A DNA stretch of 64,000 nucleotides from Synergistales bacterium (lineage in GTDB: Bacteria > Synergistota > Synergistia > Synergistales > JAFGMB01), in the NCBI GenBank assembly GCA_963666205.1, contig OY762654.1, forward strand, positions 64,001-128,000. The letters are read 5' to 3'. Every line of letters starts with the position of its first letter. Position 1 is the first letter of the stretch. Shown here in pieces: positions 10,002 through 20,611 of this stretch. The notes beneath the pieces were generated by a model, which was given only the letters and a program-made list of their open reading frames with translations, was not told the origin of the DNA and searched no databases. A program made the translations under genes and the position numbers.

Positions 10002-11264
10002 TTACTCATTATCGTTCAATTGCTTCAATCTATCCAGTAGTAAATTATAATTATGTCCTAGTATGATCGTAGCATATGGTGCAGAATTATCCTGTTTTAC
10101 CAGACTGGAACTAATCTGACAAATCCCGGCAAGGGCTTTGGCCGTTTCTATTTTTTCCGGGTCCTGATTTGAAGGATAGATAATGTTGGAGTACTTGTAG
10201 TCAAAATGTTTAGCATTTCCGGTGTAGGCAACATCAATGCCCAGTTTCTGGAGAAAATCAGAAGCTTTTTTGCCGAGCCCAGATGTTCCGTTCCCGTTAA
10301 GAACAGCTACAGGTGATGTTATAGAACTCAGGTAATTGCTTATATCCTCTATATCAGGTTCTGGTGGTTTGTCCATAGGTCTTGGAAGATCTCCAGGTTT
10401 ACTGCTCAGGATTGTCGAAGCTTCAGAAATATCTCCTATCCAATAACTTACTTTAGATATATAGGCCGCCTTGCCAGGCAGAGTGAAGAACATCATGTTC
10501 TCCTTTGGAATGTCCTTCAGGTAAGATGCGAACTGGATTGCCTGAGTCGGATTCATATTACTGTTTACAAGTTTCAAGAGCTGTTTTGTAATAGAGGGTA
10601 ATTCGGACATCATTGCAGGGCTCTTTGCTTTGTCAAGTATAGCGGAAAGAAATTTCTGTTGTCGTTGCACCCTTCCAATATCACCCAGAGCATCATGCCG
10701 AAAACGGACATAACCCAGGGCAGTCTGACCATCCATATGCTGTAAACCCTTATTGATGTTGATATGAAGGTTTCCTGCATTATCATTATAAGAGAGTCTT
10801 TTCGCTACATCGATATCGACTCCGCCCATAAGATCAACTATTTCAGGAAAACTCTGGTAATTTACGATAATATGGTAATTAACAGGCATGCCAAGGTAAT
10901 TGACAATGGTTTTCTCCAGAAGTTTTTCCTTACCATATGCATAGGCATGATTGATTTTCTGCCAGCCATGTCCTTCGATCTGAACCCGTGTATCACGGGG
11001 AATAGACATCAACCTGACTATCTTGTTGTCAATATCTACAGTGCAGAAAGCAATTGTATCTGAACGGTGAACACCTTCAACATCGTCTATTCCTATGATC
11101 AGTATATTGACGTTTCCGGAAGCTTCATCATATTCAATATTTTCCTTTATATTGCCTGCGTCAGGTCGAAGGAAACTGTTCAATTTGATACCGGCCCCGA
11201 CTCCAGCAGAGATGACTGCAATTAAAAGGACTATTAAGAATTTCCCTATCTTCACTGAATTCAC
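10002..11264 (-). CDS. LCP (LytR/CpsA/Psr) family protein with LytR C-terminal domain
   Basis: N-terminal TM; RSDTI, SIPRDT, KINHAY and RFRH..GDIGRVQRQQ; C-terminal VAVLNGNGTSGL. Confidence 0.92.
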   Translation of the reverse strand: MNSVKIGKFLIVLLIAVISAGVGAGIKLNSFLRPDAGNIKENIEYDEASGNVNILIIGIDDVEGVHRSDTIAFCTVDIDNKIVRLMSIPRDTRVQIEGHGWQKINHAYAYGKEKLLEKTIVNYLGMPVNYHIIVNYQSFPEIVDLMGGVDIDVAKRLSYNDNAGNLHININKGLQHMDGQTALGYVRFRHDALGDIGRVQRQQKFLSAILDKAKSPAMMSELPSITKQLLKLVNSNMNPTQAIQFASYLKDIPKENMMFFTLPGKAAYISKVSYWIGDISEASTILSSKPGDLPRPMDKPPEPDIEDISNYLSSITSPVAVLNGNGTSGLGKKASDFLQKLGIDVAYTGNAKHFDYKYSNIIYPSNQDPEKIETAKALAGICQISSSLVKQDNSAPYATIILGHNYNLLLDRLKQLNDNE

Positions 11265-11899
11265 CGTCCGTTTCTCTTATATAGGCCTTTTTTATAAATA
11301 TATTGTTCCACCAGCTGGGGAACAATATATCTTATATTTTTTCCGTCTGCTACTCTTTCCCTGATTTCCGTACTTGAAATTGAGAGGAGTGGTATTTCCA
11401 GTAAAATTATGGCTTCCTTGTTTATCTGAACCGGAAGATCATCAAGGGAAACGCGTTTATATCCGGGCCTGCTTACAGCTACCACCTTGCATAGTTCAAA
11501 AATAAAGTCAAATTCCTTCCATTTGGGCATATCCAGAAATGCGTCAAGGCCTGTTATAAAGAAAAACTCAGTACTGCAAGGAGCAAACCAGTGGCGCATT
11601 TCGCGCAGAGTATCCACAGTATGACTGGCCTCCTTACGATCAATCTCGATTCTGGATGTTTTAAATGTCGGGTTATCCAGAGTTGTAAGAAGAACCATTG
11701 TGTATCTGTCTTCAGAAGAAGAAATATTGCGTCCCTTCTTGTGATAAGGGTTTCCCGTGGGGACAAAGATAACCTCTTCCAATCCAAGTGCAAAACAAGC
11801 CTCTTCTGCGGCAAGAAGATGTCCGTAGTGTATTGGGTCAAAGGTCCCACCCATTATACCGATTTTTCTTTTACGCAAGGCATGTGGTGTTACATGCAA
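11261..11899 (-). CDS. nadD: Nicotinate-nucleotide adenylyltransferase
   Basis: GGTFDPIHYGH, FITGLD and ISSTEIR. Confidence 0.96.
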   Translation of the reverse strand: MHVTPHALRKRKIGIMGGTFDPIHYGHLLAAEEACFALGLEEVIFVPTGNPYHKKGRNISSSEDRYTMVLLTTLDNPTFKTSRIEIDRKEASHTVDTLREMRHWFAPCSTEFFFITGLDAFLDMPKWKEFDFIFELCKVVAVSRPGYKRVSLDDLPVQINKEAIILLEIPLLSISSTEIRERVADGKNIRYIVPQLVEQYIYKKGLYKRNGR

Positions 11900-11931
11900 G
11901 AAGACTTCACTCCCGTGTATCCTGATGAAAA

Positions 11932-13242
11932 CTATTCCATTGCTTTCTCAGGTTGGAATTCAAAAACAATGTCTCCTATATATACATTATCTCCTGTTTT
12001 TGCGCCACTTTCCTCGAGCAGTTCTTCAACTTTAAACTTTTTAAGCAGACGGGCGAAGTGAAGAATTGCCTCATCGTGTTCAAAGTCGTACCGGACAATC
12101 GCTTTTTCAAGGTAAGGATGAATGATCCTGTATCCACTCTGGTCGTTAAGAAGTACAATCTGTACCGGTTGGATCCTGGATCTTTTCTTATGTCCCTCTT
12201 CTATCTTATGGACTGCAAATAAACGTGTTTCACCCTTAGGTCTTGGATGAAGTCTTACTGTGTCCAGGATCTGTGTTATTAGACCAGGTATGCCTTCTCC
12301 CGATACTGCACTGGTTTCTATATAGGTAATCCCCTGATCCTGCATGAAACTCCTTACCTTTGATGATAACGCAGCACCTTCTGGAAGGTCGATCTTATTT
12401 CCTGCGACAAGGTAGGGTCTATCCAGCAGAGACCTGTTGTATGCTTTGAACTCTCCAATGATGGTTTGCCATTGCCCTATCACATTTTCAAAGGAACCTG
12501 AGGAGAGATCTAACACATGAACCAGAACCCTGGTTCTTTCTATATGCCTGAGGAAGTAAATACCCAAGCCCTTATTATCTGATGCTCCTTCAATAAGACC
12601 CGGAACATCTGCTACGACCACCCGTTCATCATCAACTGAAAGAATTCCGAGATTTGGAGAGAGTGTGGTAAAAGGGTAACCTGCAATCTTGGGCTGTGCG
12701 TTTGAAATAGAAGCCAGTATGCTTGATTTACCAGCATTTGGAAGACCGACTAAACCCACATCTGCTATTAGCTTTAATTCGAGAATAAGGGCTCTTTCTT
12801 CCCCTTCTTCTCCCTTTTCTGCAAAACGTGGAGTTCTTCTAACAGAGTTTGCAAAATATGCGTTTCCCCTACCTCCTCTACCTCCCCTCGCTGCAAGAAA
12901 CCTGTCTCCGGGTTCGACAAGGTCTGCAAGAATCTCCTTTGTTTCTGCATCGTAGATTATGGTTCCATAGGGGACTTTTATCAAAAGATCCTTCCCACGA
13001 GATCCGATCTGTTTTTTGCCTTTCCCGTGATCTCCATGAGGGGCTGTGAATCTCTTGTTGAATTCAAAATCGGCAAGGGTATGTAGCCCCGGAACTGCTT
13101 CTATTATAATATTAGCACCATTACCTCCATCAGCTCCGTCTGGACCGCCTTTTGGAATAAACTTTTCTCTCCTGAAACTCAGGCAACCGTTTCCACCACG
13201 GCCAGCCTTGATATTTATTCTAACAAAATCAACAAATTTCAA
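11932..13242 (-). CDS. obgE: GTPase ObgE
   Basis: Gly-rich Obg domain; GLPNAGKS, YPFTT, DVPG and NKID; C-terminal DUF1967-like tail. Confidence 0.98.
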   Translation of the reverse strand: MKFVDFVRINIKAGRGGNGCLSFRREKFIPKGGPDGADGGNGANIIIEAVPGLHTLADFEFNKRFTAPHGDHGKGKKQIGSRGKDLLIKVPYGTIIYDAETKEILADLVEPGDRFLAARGGRGGRGNAYFANSVRRTPRFAEKGEEGEERALILELKLIADVGLVGLPNAGKSSILASISNAQPKIAGYPFTTLSPNLGILSVDDERVVVADVPGLIEGASDNKGLGIYFLRHIERTRVLVHVLDLSSGSFENVIGQWQTIIGEFKAYNRSLLDRPYLVAGNKIDLPEGAALSSKVRSFMQDQGITYIETSAVSGEGIPGLITQILDTVRLHPRPKGETRLFAVHKIEEGHKKRSRIQPVQIVLLNDQSGYRIIHPYLEKAIVRYDFEHDEAILHFARLLKKFKVEELLEESGAKTGDNVYIGDIVFEFQPEKAME

Positions 13243-13278
13243 TGATTACACCATCCGTATCTGTCTTTGATAAGTTGC

Positions 13279-13317
13279 AAAAAACAATGGGCCCAAGGTA
13301 AGCTTAGGCCCATTGTC
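13279..13317 (-). terminator. Intrinsic terminator after rpmA
   Basis: Minus strand acaatgggcctaag-cttac-cttgggcccattgt followed by ttttt. Confidence 0.7.
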
Positions 13318-13357
13318 AGGAAATTGTAACAGTGAAAAGAGCTTAACAGTTAAATTA

Positions 13358-13648
13358 TTATACTTCAACAGATTCTTCGATCGAAACAAACTTTCTGGTT
13401 CCCTTTGTTTCAAACCGAACGATTCCAGTTGAAAGAGCAAAAAGAGTATCATCTTTGCCCTTCCCCACATTAATTCCAGGGTGTACCTTTGTTCCTCTCT
13501 GTCTGACCAGTATGTTACCTGCCTTGACAAATTGACCAGCGTATCTCTTGATACCCAGTCTCTTTCCCTCACTGTCTCTACCGTTCTGGCTGCTACCCTG
13601 TCCTTTTTTATGTGCGAAAATCTGAAGATCAAAAATTCTGTTAATCAT
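13358..13648 (-). CDS. rpmA: 50S ribosomal protein L27 with Prp-cleaved N-terminal extension
   Basis: [26 protein letters not shown] and [10 protein letters not shown]. Confidence 0.97.
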   Translation of the reverse strand: MINRIFDLQIFAHKKGQGSSQNGRDSEGKRLGIKRYAGQFVKAGNILVRQRGTKVHPGINVGKGKDDTLFALSTGIVRFETKGTRKFVSIEESVEV

Positions 13649-13974
13649 TTGTGCACCTCCGTGAACTTTACATTCTCGGGATAAGCTCTATGTATCTCTT
13701 TAATACTGAGAACGATCGTCCTTGTTAATATCTCCACCCTGTCATCATTAACAGGGAACGATAATCGAATAAATGGCTCATCCCCACTATTTTTAAAAAC
13801 TGTTTCAACGTTATTCAATCCCAGAACCTCTTCCAGGCCTATCGAAAGAGCCTGTATTAAAGTCGAAATACCAGCACAGACTATATCTGTTCCACAGACT
13901 CCGTATTCAGTATGACCAGACATAGATATTGCATTTAGTCGACCATTTTTATACTCACATAGTATTTCGGTCAT
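13645..13974 (-). CDS. prp: Ribosomal-processing cysteine protease Prp
   Basis: Lies between rplU and rpmA; catalytic His/Cys motifs GHTEYG and DIVCAGIS. Confidence 0.92.
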   Translation of the reverse strand: MTEILCEYKNGRLNAISMSGHTEYGVCGTDIVCAGISTLIQALSIGLEEVLGLNNVETVFKNSGDEPFIRLSFPVNDDRVEILTRTIVLSIKEIHRAYPENVKFTEVHK

Positions 13975-14285
13975 TAAAAGTTTATAGAATCGATCTTGAT
14001 CTCTGTATAACGCTGTCTGTGTCCCCGAAGCCGACGGTAATTCTTTTTGCTCTTATACTTCAGAACAAGGATTTTGGAAGCCTTACCATGCTCTGTTACT
14101 GTAGCTTCAACAGTTGCACCGGCAACAAAAGGTTCTCCGACTGTAATCCCATTATCATCTGCAACAAGAAGGACTTTGTCAAAAGACACCTTTTCTCCCT
14201 CCCCGGTCTGTAGAAGTTCTACCTTCAAGACATCACCAGGGGTGACCCTGTACTGTTTGCCACCTGTTTCAACTATTGCATACAT
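13974..14285 (-). CDS. rplU: 50S ribosomal protein L21
   Basis: MYAIVETGGKQYRV...GHRQRYT; start set after the GGAGG SD. Confidence 0.97.
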   Translation of the reverse strand: MYAIVETGGKQYRVTPGDVLKVELLQTGEGEKVSFDKVLLVADDNGITVGEPFVAGATVEATVTEHGKASKILVLKYKSKKNYRRLRGHRQRYTEIKIDSINF

Positions 14286-14295
14286 CAAATAACTT

Positions 14296-14353
14296 CCTCC
14301 CTCCGCTGGATTATCAGGTAGCCACAAAGGGCTTTAAAGACCTGTTCCATGCG
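14296..14353 (-). ncRNA. Putative L21 leader cis-regulatory RNA
   Basis: The rplU 5'UTR reads cgc...caggt...acctg...gcg-gagggagg. These nested stems resemble the Firmicute L21 leader as I recall it; covariance model not run. Confidence 0.55.
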
Positions 14354-14372
14354 TTAATATCTAAACCTAAGC

Positions 14373-14401
14373 ATTGTATAGATTATGTTGAACTTAGTCA
14401 A
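14373..14401 (-). promoter_or_regulatory. Sigma70-type promoter of rplU-prp-rpmA
   Basis: TTGACT-17 bp-TACAAT on the minus strand. Confidence 0.75.
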
Positions 14402-14406
14402 CCTTT

Positions 14407-16098
14407 TTACAGAAGGTTTATGGTAGATGCTATATCAGCAATTCCTGTTTTCAGCAGTTTTCTTGCATGTTCTTGAGCTTCATAAAGATTATAGTCCCCT
14501 GATAGCATTCTTGCTATTTCTTTGACTCGTTGTTCTCCTTTTATTTCTTCAAGAGAACTTTCCATATCATGTTTTCTTATAACGAAGTGTTGGTCGGCTA
14601 TGGACGCGATGCTGGCTTCATGGGTTATGAGGATTACCTGGCATTTTTCAGAAAGTTGCTTGAGTTTATAGCCTGCAAGGACTGCTGCTCTTCCACCAAG
14701 TCCTGCTTCAACCTCATCAAAAACTACTGTTTCCGGTAATTGTTCATCAGGCAGTGAAACCTGAATGGAAAGAAGGATGCGGCTCAACTCACCCCCTGAA
14801 GAGATCTTGTTAACGGGACCAGAGGCCCCTTCCGGTGTTCGTAAGACAAATGAAACTTCATCAGCACCATTTACCCTAAGTTTGCCAAGTTCTTTGACTT
14901 CAACGTCAAAGACAAGTCCCATCATTGCAAGTTCACACATAACCCAGTTTACTCTAGTCTTGAGTTCTCTAGCTGCTTTATTCCTGAGTGTACGCAAGCG
15001 CATTGCCATTTGGCTTGCATTTTTCCTTAATTTTATACTTTCTTGTTCTTTTGATTCTATCCTCTGATAACTTTCAGTAAGCCATATCATTTCCTTATCA
15101 GCTTTTTGGCAGAATTCGATCAATTCTTCTATATCTGAAACCCTGGCGCGCCTCATAATCTTTTTTAAGATACCGGTTTTCTTTTCAGTTTCTTCATAGG
15201 ATATTTCCATTTCTTCAAGATTAAGTAGCCTGTTCTTATCCTCAGCCAGGGCAACAAGTTCGCCACTTTTTTCCATAGAAAGGGATAAAAGAGCGTTCCA
15301 TTCAGATTGTTCTTCTTTATTTGAATAATTGCACAGACTGGACAGTAGAGCATAAAAGGTATCTATGATTCCTTCTTCCATATCAGTCCCGGTCAATCTC
15401 AGAAGGGTTCCTTGAAGTTTGTTAGCAGAAGAAATCTGTTTCTGAAGTTCGATCAATGTCTGGTTCCATATTTTGTCACATCCTGGAAAAGGTTTAATTT
15501 TCCTGAAGTCCTGGATGATACTGTCAACATCTTTGTACTGTTCAATTATTCTTGACTGATTCTGTTTCAATTCGCGAATTTCTCCATCAAGTCTGAGAGC
15601 TTGCAGAAAGGTTCGTTTCAGGTCTGAGAGAATGTCTACCAGTTCTTTTCCCCCACAACTGTCTATAATTTCAAGTTGTTTATTCGGGGAAAGGAGGTCC
15701 AGTTGAGCGAACTGACTCTGTATTCGTATCTGGTTATCCATAAGACTGGAAAGGGAAGCAAGATGTACAGGTTGATCCTGTATCGTTGTACGTCCTTTAC
15801 CGTTTCTGAATATACTTCGACTGACAAGAAGAGTATTTTCTTCTGGAAATATTCCATCAGGCAAATCTGGTTTTTTCTGCAAAAGAAGCATGGCTCTTGC
15901 ACAGCCATGGTCTTCTCCATGACGAATCAACGATGTCTGGGCTCTTTTGCCTGAAATGAGTTCTATAGCCCGGACAACGCTGCTCTTACCAGCTCCGCTT
16001 TCACCAGTAATTGCAACGAACTTGCCTGATATTTGTAATGTAGCGGAGGAAAGACCTCCAATATTTGATATGGTTAGTTCATCGATCAAGAAAGTCAC
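14407..16098 (-). CDS. recN: DNA repair protein RecN
   Basis: TGESGAGKS Walker A, coiled coil, SSGGELSR signature, VFDEVEAG and ITHE. Confidence 0.93.
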   Translation of the reverse strand: MTFLIDELTISNIGGLSSATLQISGKFVAITGESGAGKSSVVRAIELISGKRAQTSLIRHGEDHGCARAMLLLQKKPDLPDGIFPEENTLLVSRSIFRNGKGRTTIQDQPVHLASLSSLMDNQIRIQSQFAQLDLLSPNKQLEIIDSCGGKELVDILSDLKRTFLQALRLDGEIRELKQNQSRIIEQYKDVDSIIQDFRKIKPFPGCDKIWNQTLIELQKQISSANKLQGTLLRLTGTDMEEGIIDTFYALLSSLCNYSNKEEQSEWNALLSLSMEKSGELVALAEDKNRLLNLEEMEISYEETEKKTGILKKIMRRARVSDIEELIEFCQKADKEMIWLTESYQRIESKEQESIKLRKNASQMAMRLRTLRNKAARELKTRVNWVMCELAMMGLVFDVEVKELGKLRVNGADEVSFVLRTPEGASGPVNKISSGGELSRILLSIQVSLPDEQLPETVVFDEVEAGLGGRAAVLAGYKLKQLSEKCQVILITHEASIASIADQHFVIRKHDMESSLEEIKGEQRVKEIARMLSGDYNLYEAQEHARKLLKTGIADIASTINLL

Positions 16099-16982
16099 TC
16101 CCTGTCAGGATTAACAATTCCATGTCCCCAGTTGAGTTTTTCCTGTAAAAGGTCATAATAGTCACGATCTGGAAGCATGATCAATTTAACAGTTTTGTCT
16201 CTGGAAAGGGATATATCAATCCTGTCAGAGGGTAGTATCTCATACCCCAGCTGACCATCCTGAGTAAGGACAAGATCACGATGGTTACCTTTGGGGAGAA
16301 GTGATATTCTGTCGTCTTTTCCAAAGATCACAGGTCTGGAGTAAAGAGTATGGGCACATATGGGTGAAAGGACTATACAGGGGACATGTGGGGGGACGAT
16401 CGGGCCTCCTGCAGAAAGGGAGTATGCTGTTGACCCTGTCGGTGTTGCAACGATTATTCCATCTGTAGGTAATTGAGCGAAAAACTTGTCTTCTACTCTT
16501 ACTTCTACATGAATAACTCTTGCGAATGCACCCTTTGTGAGGACGAGATCGTTAATTGCAAAAACTGTATGTTTCTGAGTCTTCCCTCGCCATACTGTTC
16601 CCTTGAGAACCAGTCTTTCTTCGATGCGGTGTTTCCCTTCGAGGATCATCATGATGTCTTTCTCCGCTCTGTCCTGGTTGCCGGAGGCAAGAAATCCCAA
16701 ATGTCCCACATTAATTCCATAAAGTGGGATAGAATAATCAAGAACATAACGACCAGCTCTGAGAAAAGTTCCGTCCCCACCAATCACAATTGTAAAATCT
16801 ATAATGCTATGCCACTTTTCATCAGAATAGCCTGCGACTCCAAGCACAGACGCTTCATGGGGAGGTAGATAGAAGTCAATGCCTTCCTTTTTGCTCCATT
16901 TCAGTAGCCTGTGAGCCACCTCAAGAGCTTTAGGTTTTTGTGTGTTTACCAGAAGGCCTACATTGCCTTTCATGCCATTCAC
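16095..16982 (-). CDS. nadK: NAD(+) kinase
   Basis: GGDGT, GHLGFL, ND and TPTGSTAYSLSAGGP. Confidence 0.96.
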   Translation of the reverse strand: MNGMKGNVGLLVNTQKPKALEVAHRLLKWSKKEGIDFYLPPHEASVLGVAGYSDEKWHSIIDFTIVIGGDGTFLRAGRYVLDYSIPLYGINVGHLGFLASGNQDRAEKDIMMILEGKHRIEERLVLKGTVWRGKTQKHTVFAINDLVLTKGAFARVIHVEVRVEDKFFAQLPTDGIIVATPTGSTAYSLSAGGPIVPPHVPCIVLSPICAHTLYSRPVIFGKDDRISLLPKGNHRDLVLTQDGQLGYEILPSDRIDISLSRDKTVKLIMLPDRDYYDLLQEKLNWGHGIVNPDRE

Positions 16983-16994
16983 TCCGTTCCTGAT

Positions 16995-17813
16995 TCAGTC
17001 AAGTTCATTATGAGCTTTTTCAACAATATTTCCAAGGTGGTGCAGATCCGAACTTATGGAACTACACTCATCTCTGGAAAGCAAGAGAAGAAATTCAATA
17101 TTTCCTTTCGGTCCCTTGATAGGCGAATGATCTATAGCTTGTAGATATAGCTCTGTTTCCTTTTCTATAAAAGAACTGATCTCAACAATTATTTCTTTGT
17201 GAATATCTGGGTCTTTTATTACTCCCTTTTTGCCTATGCGCTTTCTTCCTGCTTCAAACTGCGGTTTGAGAAGGGATATCACCTTTCCTTCAGGACCCAG
17301 AAGACCAGTCAATGGCTGCAGAAGCAGTTTTAGAGAGATAAATGATGCATCAATGGTTATAAGATCGATCTTTTTCGGGATATCAGTCTCCTTAAGATAT
17401 CGGGCGTTCTGTCGTTCCATAACTACCACCCTGGGATCTTGCCTGATTTTCCATGCTAATTGACCATATCCCACATCTACTGCATATACTTGAACAGCTC
17501 CCTTCGAAAGAAGAACTTCGGTAAAACCACCAGTAGATGCTCCTACATCCATACAAACAAGAGATTCTGGATCAATGGGGAAGACTTCTAATGCCTTGAG
17601 AAGTTTATTAGCTCCACGACTTACCCATTGTGTACCGGTGTTTGCTATATGGACTCTAGATCTTATGTCTACAAGAGTTCCAGCCTTCTGAATCTTTTCA
17701 TCGTCAACGTAGACATTACCTGCAAGTATTATCGCCTGGGCTCTGGAACGGGTGCCAACCAGTCCCAGTTCCACTATAAGCTGATCAAGCCTTTGCTTTT
17801 GTATGGCCAACAT
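16995..17813 (-). CDS. tlyA: TlyA-family rRNA 2'-O-methyltransferase
   Basis: S4 domain; VSRGANKL, DVGASTGGFT, KPQFE and GNIEF. Confidence 0.94.
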   Translation of the reverse strand: MLAIQKQRLDQLIVELGLVGTRSRAQAIILAGNVYVDDEKIQKAGTLVDIRSRVHIANTGTQWVSRGANKLLKALEVFPIDPESLVCMDVGASTGGFTEVLLSKGAVQVYAVDVGYGQLAWKIRQDPRVVVMERQNARYLKETDIPKKIDLITIDASFISLKLLLQPLTGLLGPEGKVISLLKPQFEAGRKRIGKKGVIKDPDIHKEIIVEISSFIEKETELYLQAIDHSPIKGPKGNIEFLLLLSRDECSSISSDLHHLGNIVEKAHNELD

Positions 17814-19641
17814 ATGCCTCTATAACTTTCTCAGGAGTCATTCCGCAATATTCCCATTGTTGCTCTGTCGTTCCATGAGGAATGAATTTATCCGGAACTC
17901 CAAATAATTTGACAGTTGTTCTTGACGAAATCGCGGTTGTTCGCCCTGCAATAATTTCACCGATTCCACCGTTAATATAACCATCTTCTGCGACGATTAC
18001 CAACCTGTGATCTTTTAAGACAGTATCTATGGTCTGATAATCCAGAGGTTTAACTATTCTAAGATCCAATACGGTTGGTTCCGGTAGGTTCTGTTCCATA
18101 GCCAATTGCCTTGCATGGAGCAGAAATTCAATAGTTTTCCCATAACCGATAAATGCCCATTCATTTCCCAATGAAAGGATCTTGCTTTTCATACTAGTGT
18201 TTGTCGGACGGGGACCTTTTCGATGAATGGATTTACATACTTTGCCTCTCGGATATCTGATCATAGTAGGTCCCTCTCTGGTAAAGGCATATCGAAACAT
18301 GAGTTCGAGGTCAATTAGATCTCTAGGTGCCAGAATATGTAGATTTGGAATTGACCTTCCCCAGGCGATGTCAAGAAGCCCCTGGTGTGTCTCTCCATCC
18401 TGACCTATAAGTCCTGCCCGATCAACAGAAATAACAACAGACAGGTTCTGCATTGCAATATCGTGAACCAGTTGATCCATGGCTCTCTGCATGAATGTTG
18501 AATAAATGAAGACGCAGGGCTTGATACCTCCTGCAGCCATACCTGCTGCCATTGTAAACATATGTTCTTCGGCTATTCCGACATCAAAGAATCTGTCCGG
18601 AAATCTTGCAGAAAAGCCGTTCAGCTTGTTGCCTTCTTTCATCGCAGCGGTAAGACACACTATGTCTTTGTCTTCATCCGCAAGTTTTTCAAGGGTAGAG
18701 GCCACTGCCTGACTCCAGGAAAAGCTGCATTTCGGGGATGTGCTTGCTGAAACTCCATGATATATCCATGGTTCCTCTTCTGCTTTTCTGTAACCCTTTC
18801 CTTTTTTTGTTACGACATGGATAATAACTGGTTTGTCATATTTTCTTGCCAGTCTGAAAACAGATTCAAGTTCTTTGATGTTATGGCCATCAAAGGGGCC
18901 CCAGTAGTTAATACCCATTTCGTCAAAGATATTATCTGGTTTAATGAGTCCTTTGATCTTGTTCTTTGTTTTTTCCAGAAAAGCTTCAATTGTTGCTCCC
19001 TTTGGTAATTTTGAAGAAAATTCCCGAACGATACGCTTGAGCTTTTTGTAAGTATAGTTTGAGCTGAGCCTGGCCAGATGAGTAGCAAATCCTCCAACTC
19101 TTTTGCTTATGCACATTTCGTTATCGTTAAGAATAAAAATTACTTTTGAGTTTGCTTCTTTGACATAGTTCAGTGCTTCAAAGGCCATTCCGTTCAGGAG
19201 AGATCCATCACCTATTATCGCAACTACGTCATGATTTGCTCCCTTAAGATCCCTTGCCTTGCCGAAGCCAAGAGAGGCAGAAAGAGATGTACTGCTGTGT
19301 CCTACATCAAAATGGTCAAATCTACTTTCTGATCTCTTAGGGAAACCACTTATGCCCTCCCATTGCCTCAAGGTATGAAACTCTTCTTTCCTGCCGGTAA
19401 GGATCTTATAAGGGTAAGACTGGTGACCTACATCAAAAACGATCTTATCTCTTTCAGGGTCGAATTGGCGCAACAGAGCAACAGTAAGTTCAACTGCCCC
19501 AAGAGGAGAACCGAGATGTCCACCATTCTTAAGAACAACCTTGATTATTGTATCCCTCAGTTCCTGGCATAATACGTTAAGAGATTCGTCTGAAAGATTT
19601 ACAAGATCATGATAATCTGTCATCCTGTCAAGTATTGCCAT
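17785..19641 (-). CDS. dxs: 1-deoxy-D-xylulose-5-phosphate synthase
   Basis: GGHLG, DVGHQSY, GHSSTS, GDGS...ND and IYSTFMQRA; start position approximate. Confidence 0.96.
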   Translation of the reverse strand: MAILDRMTDYHDLVNLSDESLNVLCQELRDTIIKVVLKNGGHLGSPLGAVELTVALLRQFDPERDKIVFDVGHQSYPYKILTGRKEEFHTLRQWEGISGFPKRSESRFDHFDVGHSSTSLSASLGFGKARDLKGANHDVVAIIGDGSLLNGMAFEALNYVKEANSKVIFILNDNEMCISKRVGGFATHLARLSSNYTYKKLKRIVREFSSKLPKGATIEAFLEKTKNKIKGLIKPDNIFDEMGINYWGPFDGHNIKELESVFRLARKYDKPVIIHVVTKKGKGYRKAEEEPWIYHGVSASTSPKCSFSWSQAVASTLEKLADEDKDIVCLTAAMKEGNKLNGFSARFPDRFFDVGIAEEHMFTMAAGMAAGGIKPCVFIYSTFMQRAMDQLVHDIAMQNLSVVISVDRAGLIGQDGETHQGLLDIAWGRSIPNLHILAPRDLIDLELMFRYAFTREGPTMIRYPRGKVCKSIHRKGPRPTNTSMKSKILSLGNEWAFIGYGKTIEFLLHARQLAMEQNLPEPTVLDLRIVKPLDYQTIDTVLKDHRLVIVAEDGYINGGIGEIIAGRTTAISSRTTVKLFGVPDKFIPHGTTEQQWEYCGMTPEKVIEAYVGHTKAKA

Positions 19642-19690
19642 TCTGATCACTTCCAATCCAATCCCCTGTTCAATCTCCAAGGATTATAAG

Positions 19691-20599
19691 TTATTTTGTC
19701 CGATTTTCGAGATATAGTGCCAGGTCTTTAAAAAACAAACCTTTCAATCCCAATTTTACCGCTTCATCCAGTGCACGTTGAGATTCTTCTCTTGCAAGTT
19801 GTACAGTTTTCTCATATCCAAAAGAAGAAATGAATGTCAATTTCCCCTGTTCCTGATCCTTTCCAGGAGTTTTACCCAGATGGGAAGCCTCTGATCTGAC
19901 ATCAAGGATATCATCGACAATCTGGAATGCCAGTCCAAGGTGCTTTGAATAAGTGGACATAATCTTGAATTCTTCAATATTTGCTCCAGCAATTGTGGCC
20001 CCGCATAGAACAGATGCCTGTATAAGGCATGAAGTCTTGTGAAGTGCTATCTTCCAGACAAAGTCAGTTTCATTCAACTGACTTTGAAGGTCTGTATCAA
20101 GTGTTTGACCACCATGTATTCCAGAAGGGCCTGCTGCTTTAAGGAGAATTTCCAAGGCTTCAACTAGAGTCTTTTCGTCAATTTCTTTCCTGCATCTTTT
20201 AAGGGGATACTCAAGAGCGGTTAGAAACAGAGATGTTCCAGCCATTAATGCAAGAGATTCCCCGAACTTCATGTGATTAGTTGGCTTCCCTCTTCGTAGA
20301 GAATCATTATCCATGCAAGGAAGATCATCATGGATCAGAGATGCGGTATGTATCATTTCTAATGCAAGAGCAAAGGGCATTACTGTCCTGAGATCAGAAC
20401 CAAAGGTCTGTGCTGCCTCAATGCAAAGTATAGGTCTAAGTCTTTTTCCCCCAGCCATCAGAGAATAACACATAGAATCCCATAACCGTGTTGGAATATC
20501 TTCCGGTTTTGCACAACAGAAACGATTAAGGGCCTGTTCTACACAATCCTTTCTCTGTATCAGAAAATCCTTCAAGGGTATCTTTTCAGAGTATATCAT
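19691..20599 (-). CDS. ispA: Polyprenyl (farnesyl/geranylgeranyl) diphosphate synthase
   Basis: GGKRLRP, HDDLPCMDND..RRGKP, FQIVDD and GKD. Confidence 0.93.
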   Translation of the reverse strand: MIYSEKIPLKDFLIQRKDCVEQALNRFCCAKPEDIPTRLWDSMCYSLMAGGKRLRPILCIEAAQTFGSDLRTVMPFALALEMIHTASLIHDDLPCMDNDSLRRGKPTNHMKFGESLALMAGTSLFLTALEYPLKRCRKEIDEKTLVEALEILLKAAGPSGIHGGQTLDTDLQSQLNETDFVWKIALHKTSCLIQASVLCGATIAGANIEEFKIMSTYSKHLGLAFQIVDDILDVRSEASHLGKTPGKDQEQGKLTFISSFGYEKTVQLAREESQRALDEAVKLGLKGLFFKDLALYLENRTK

Positions 20600-20611
20600 T
20601 ACAATAGTGAT

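Noticed and set aside
13358-14285. L27 N-terminal extension with adjacent Prp protease as a novelty
   Set aside because: Established system in Firmicutes and several related phyla; listed as features only.
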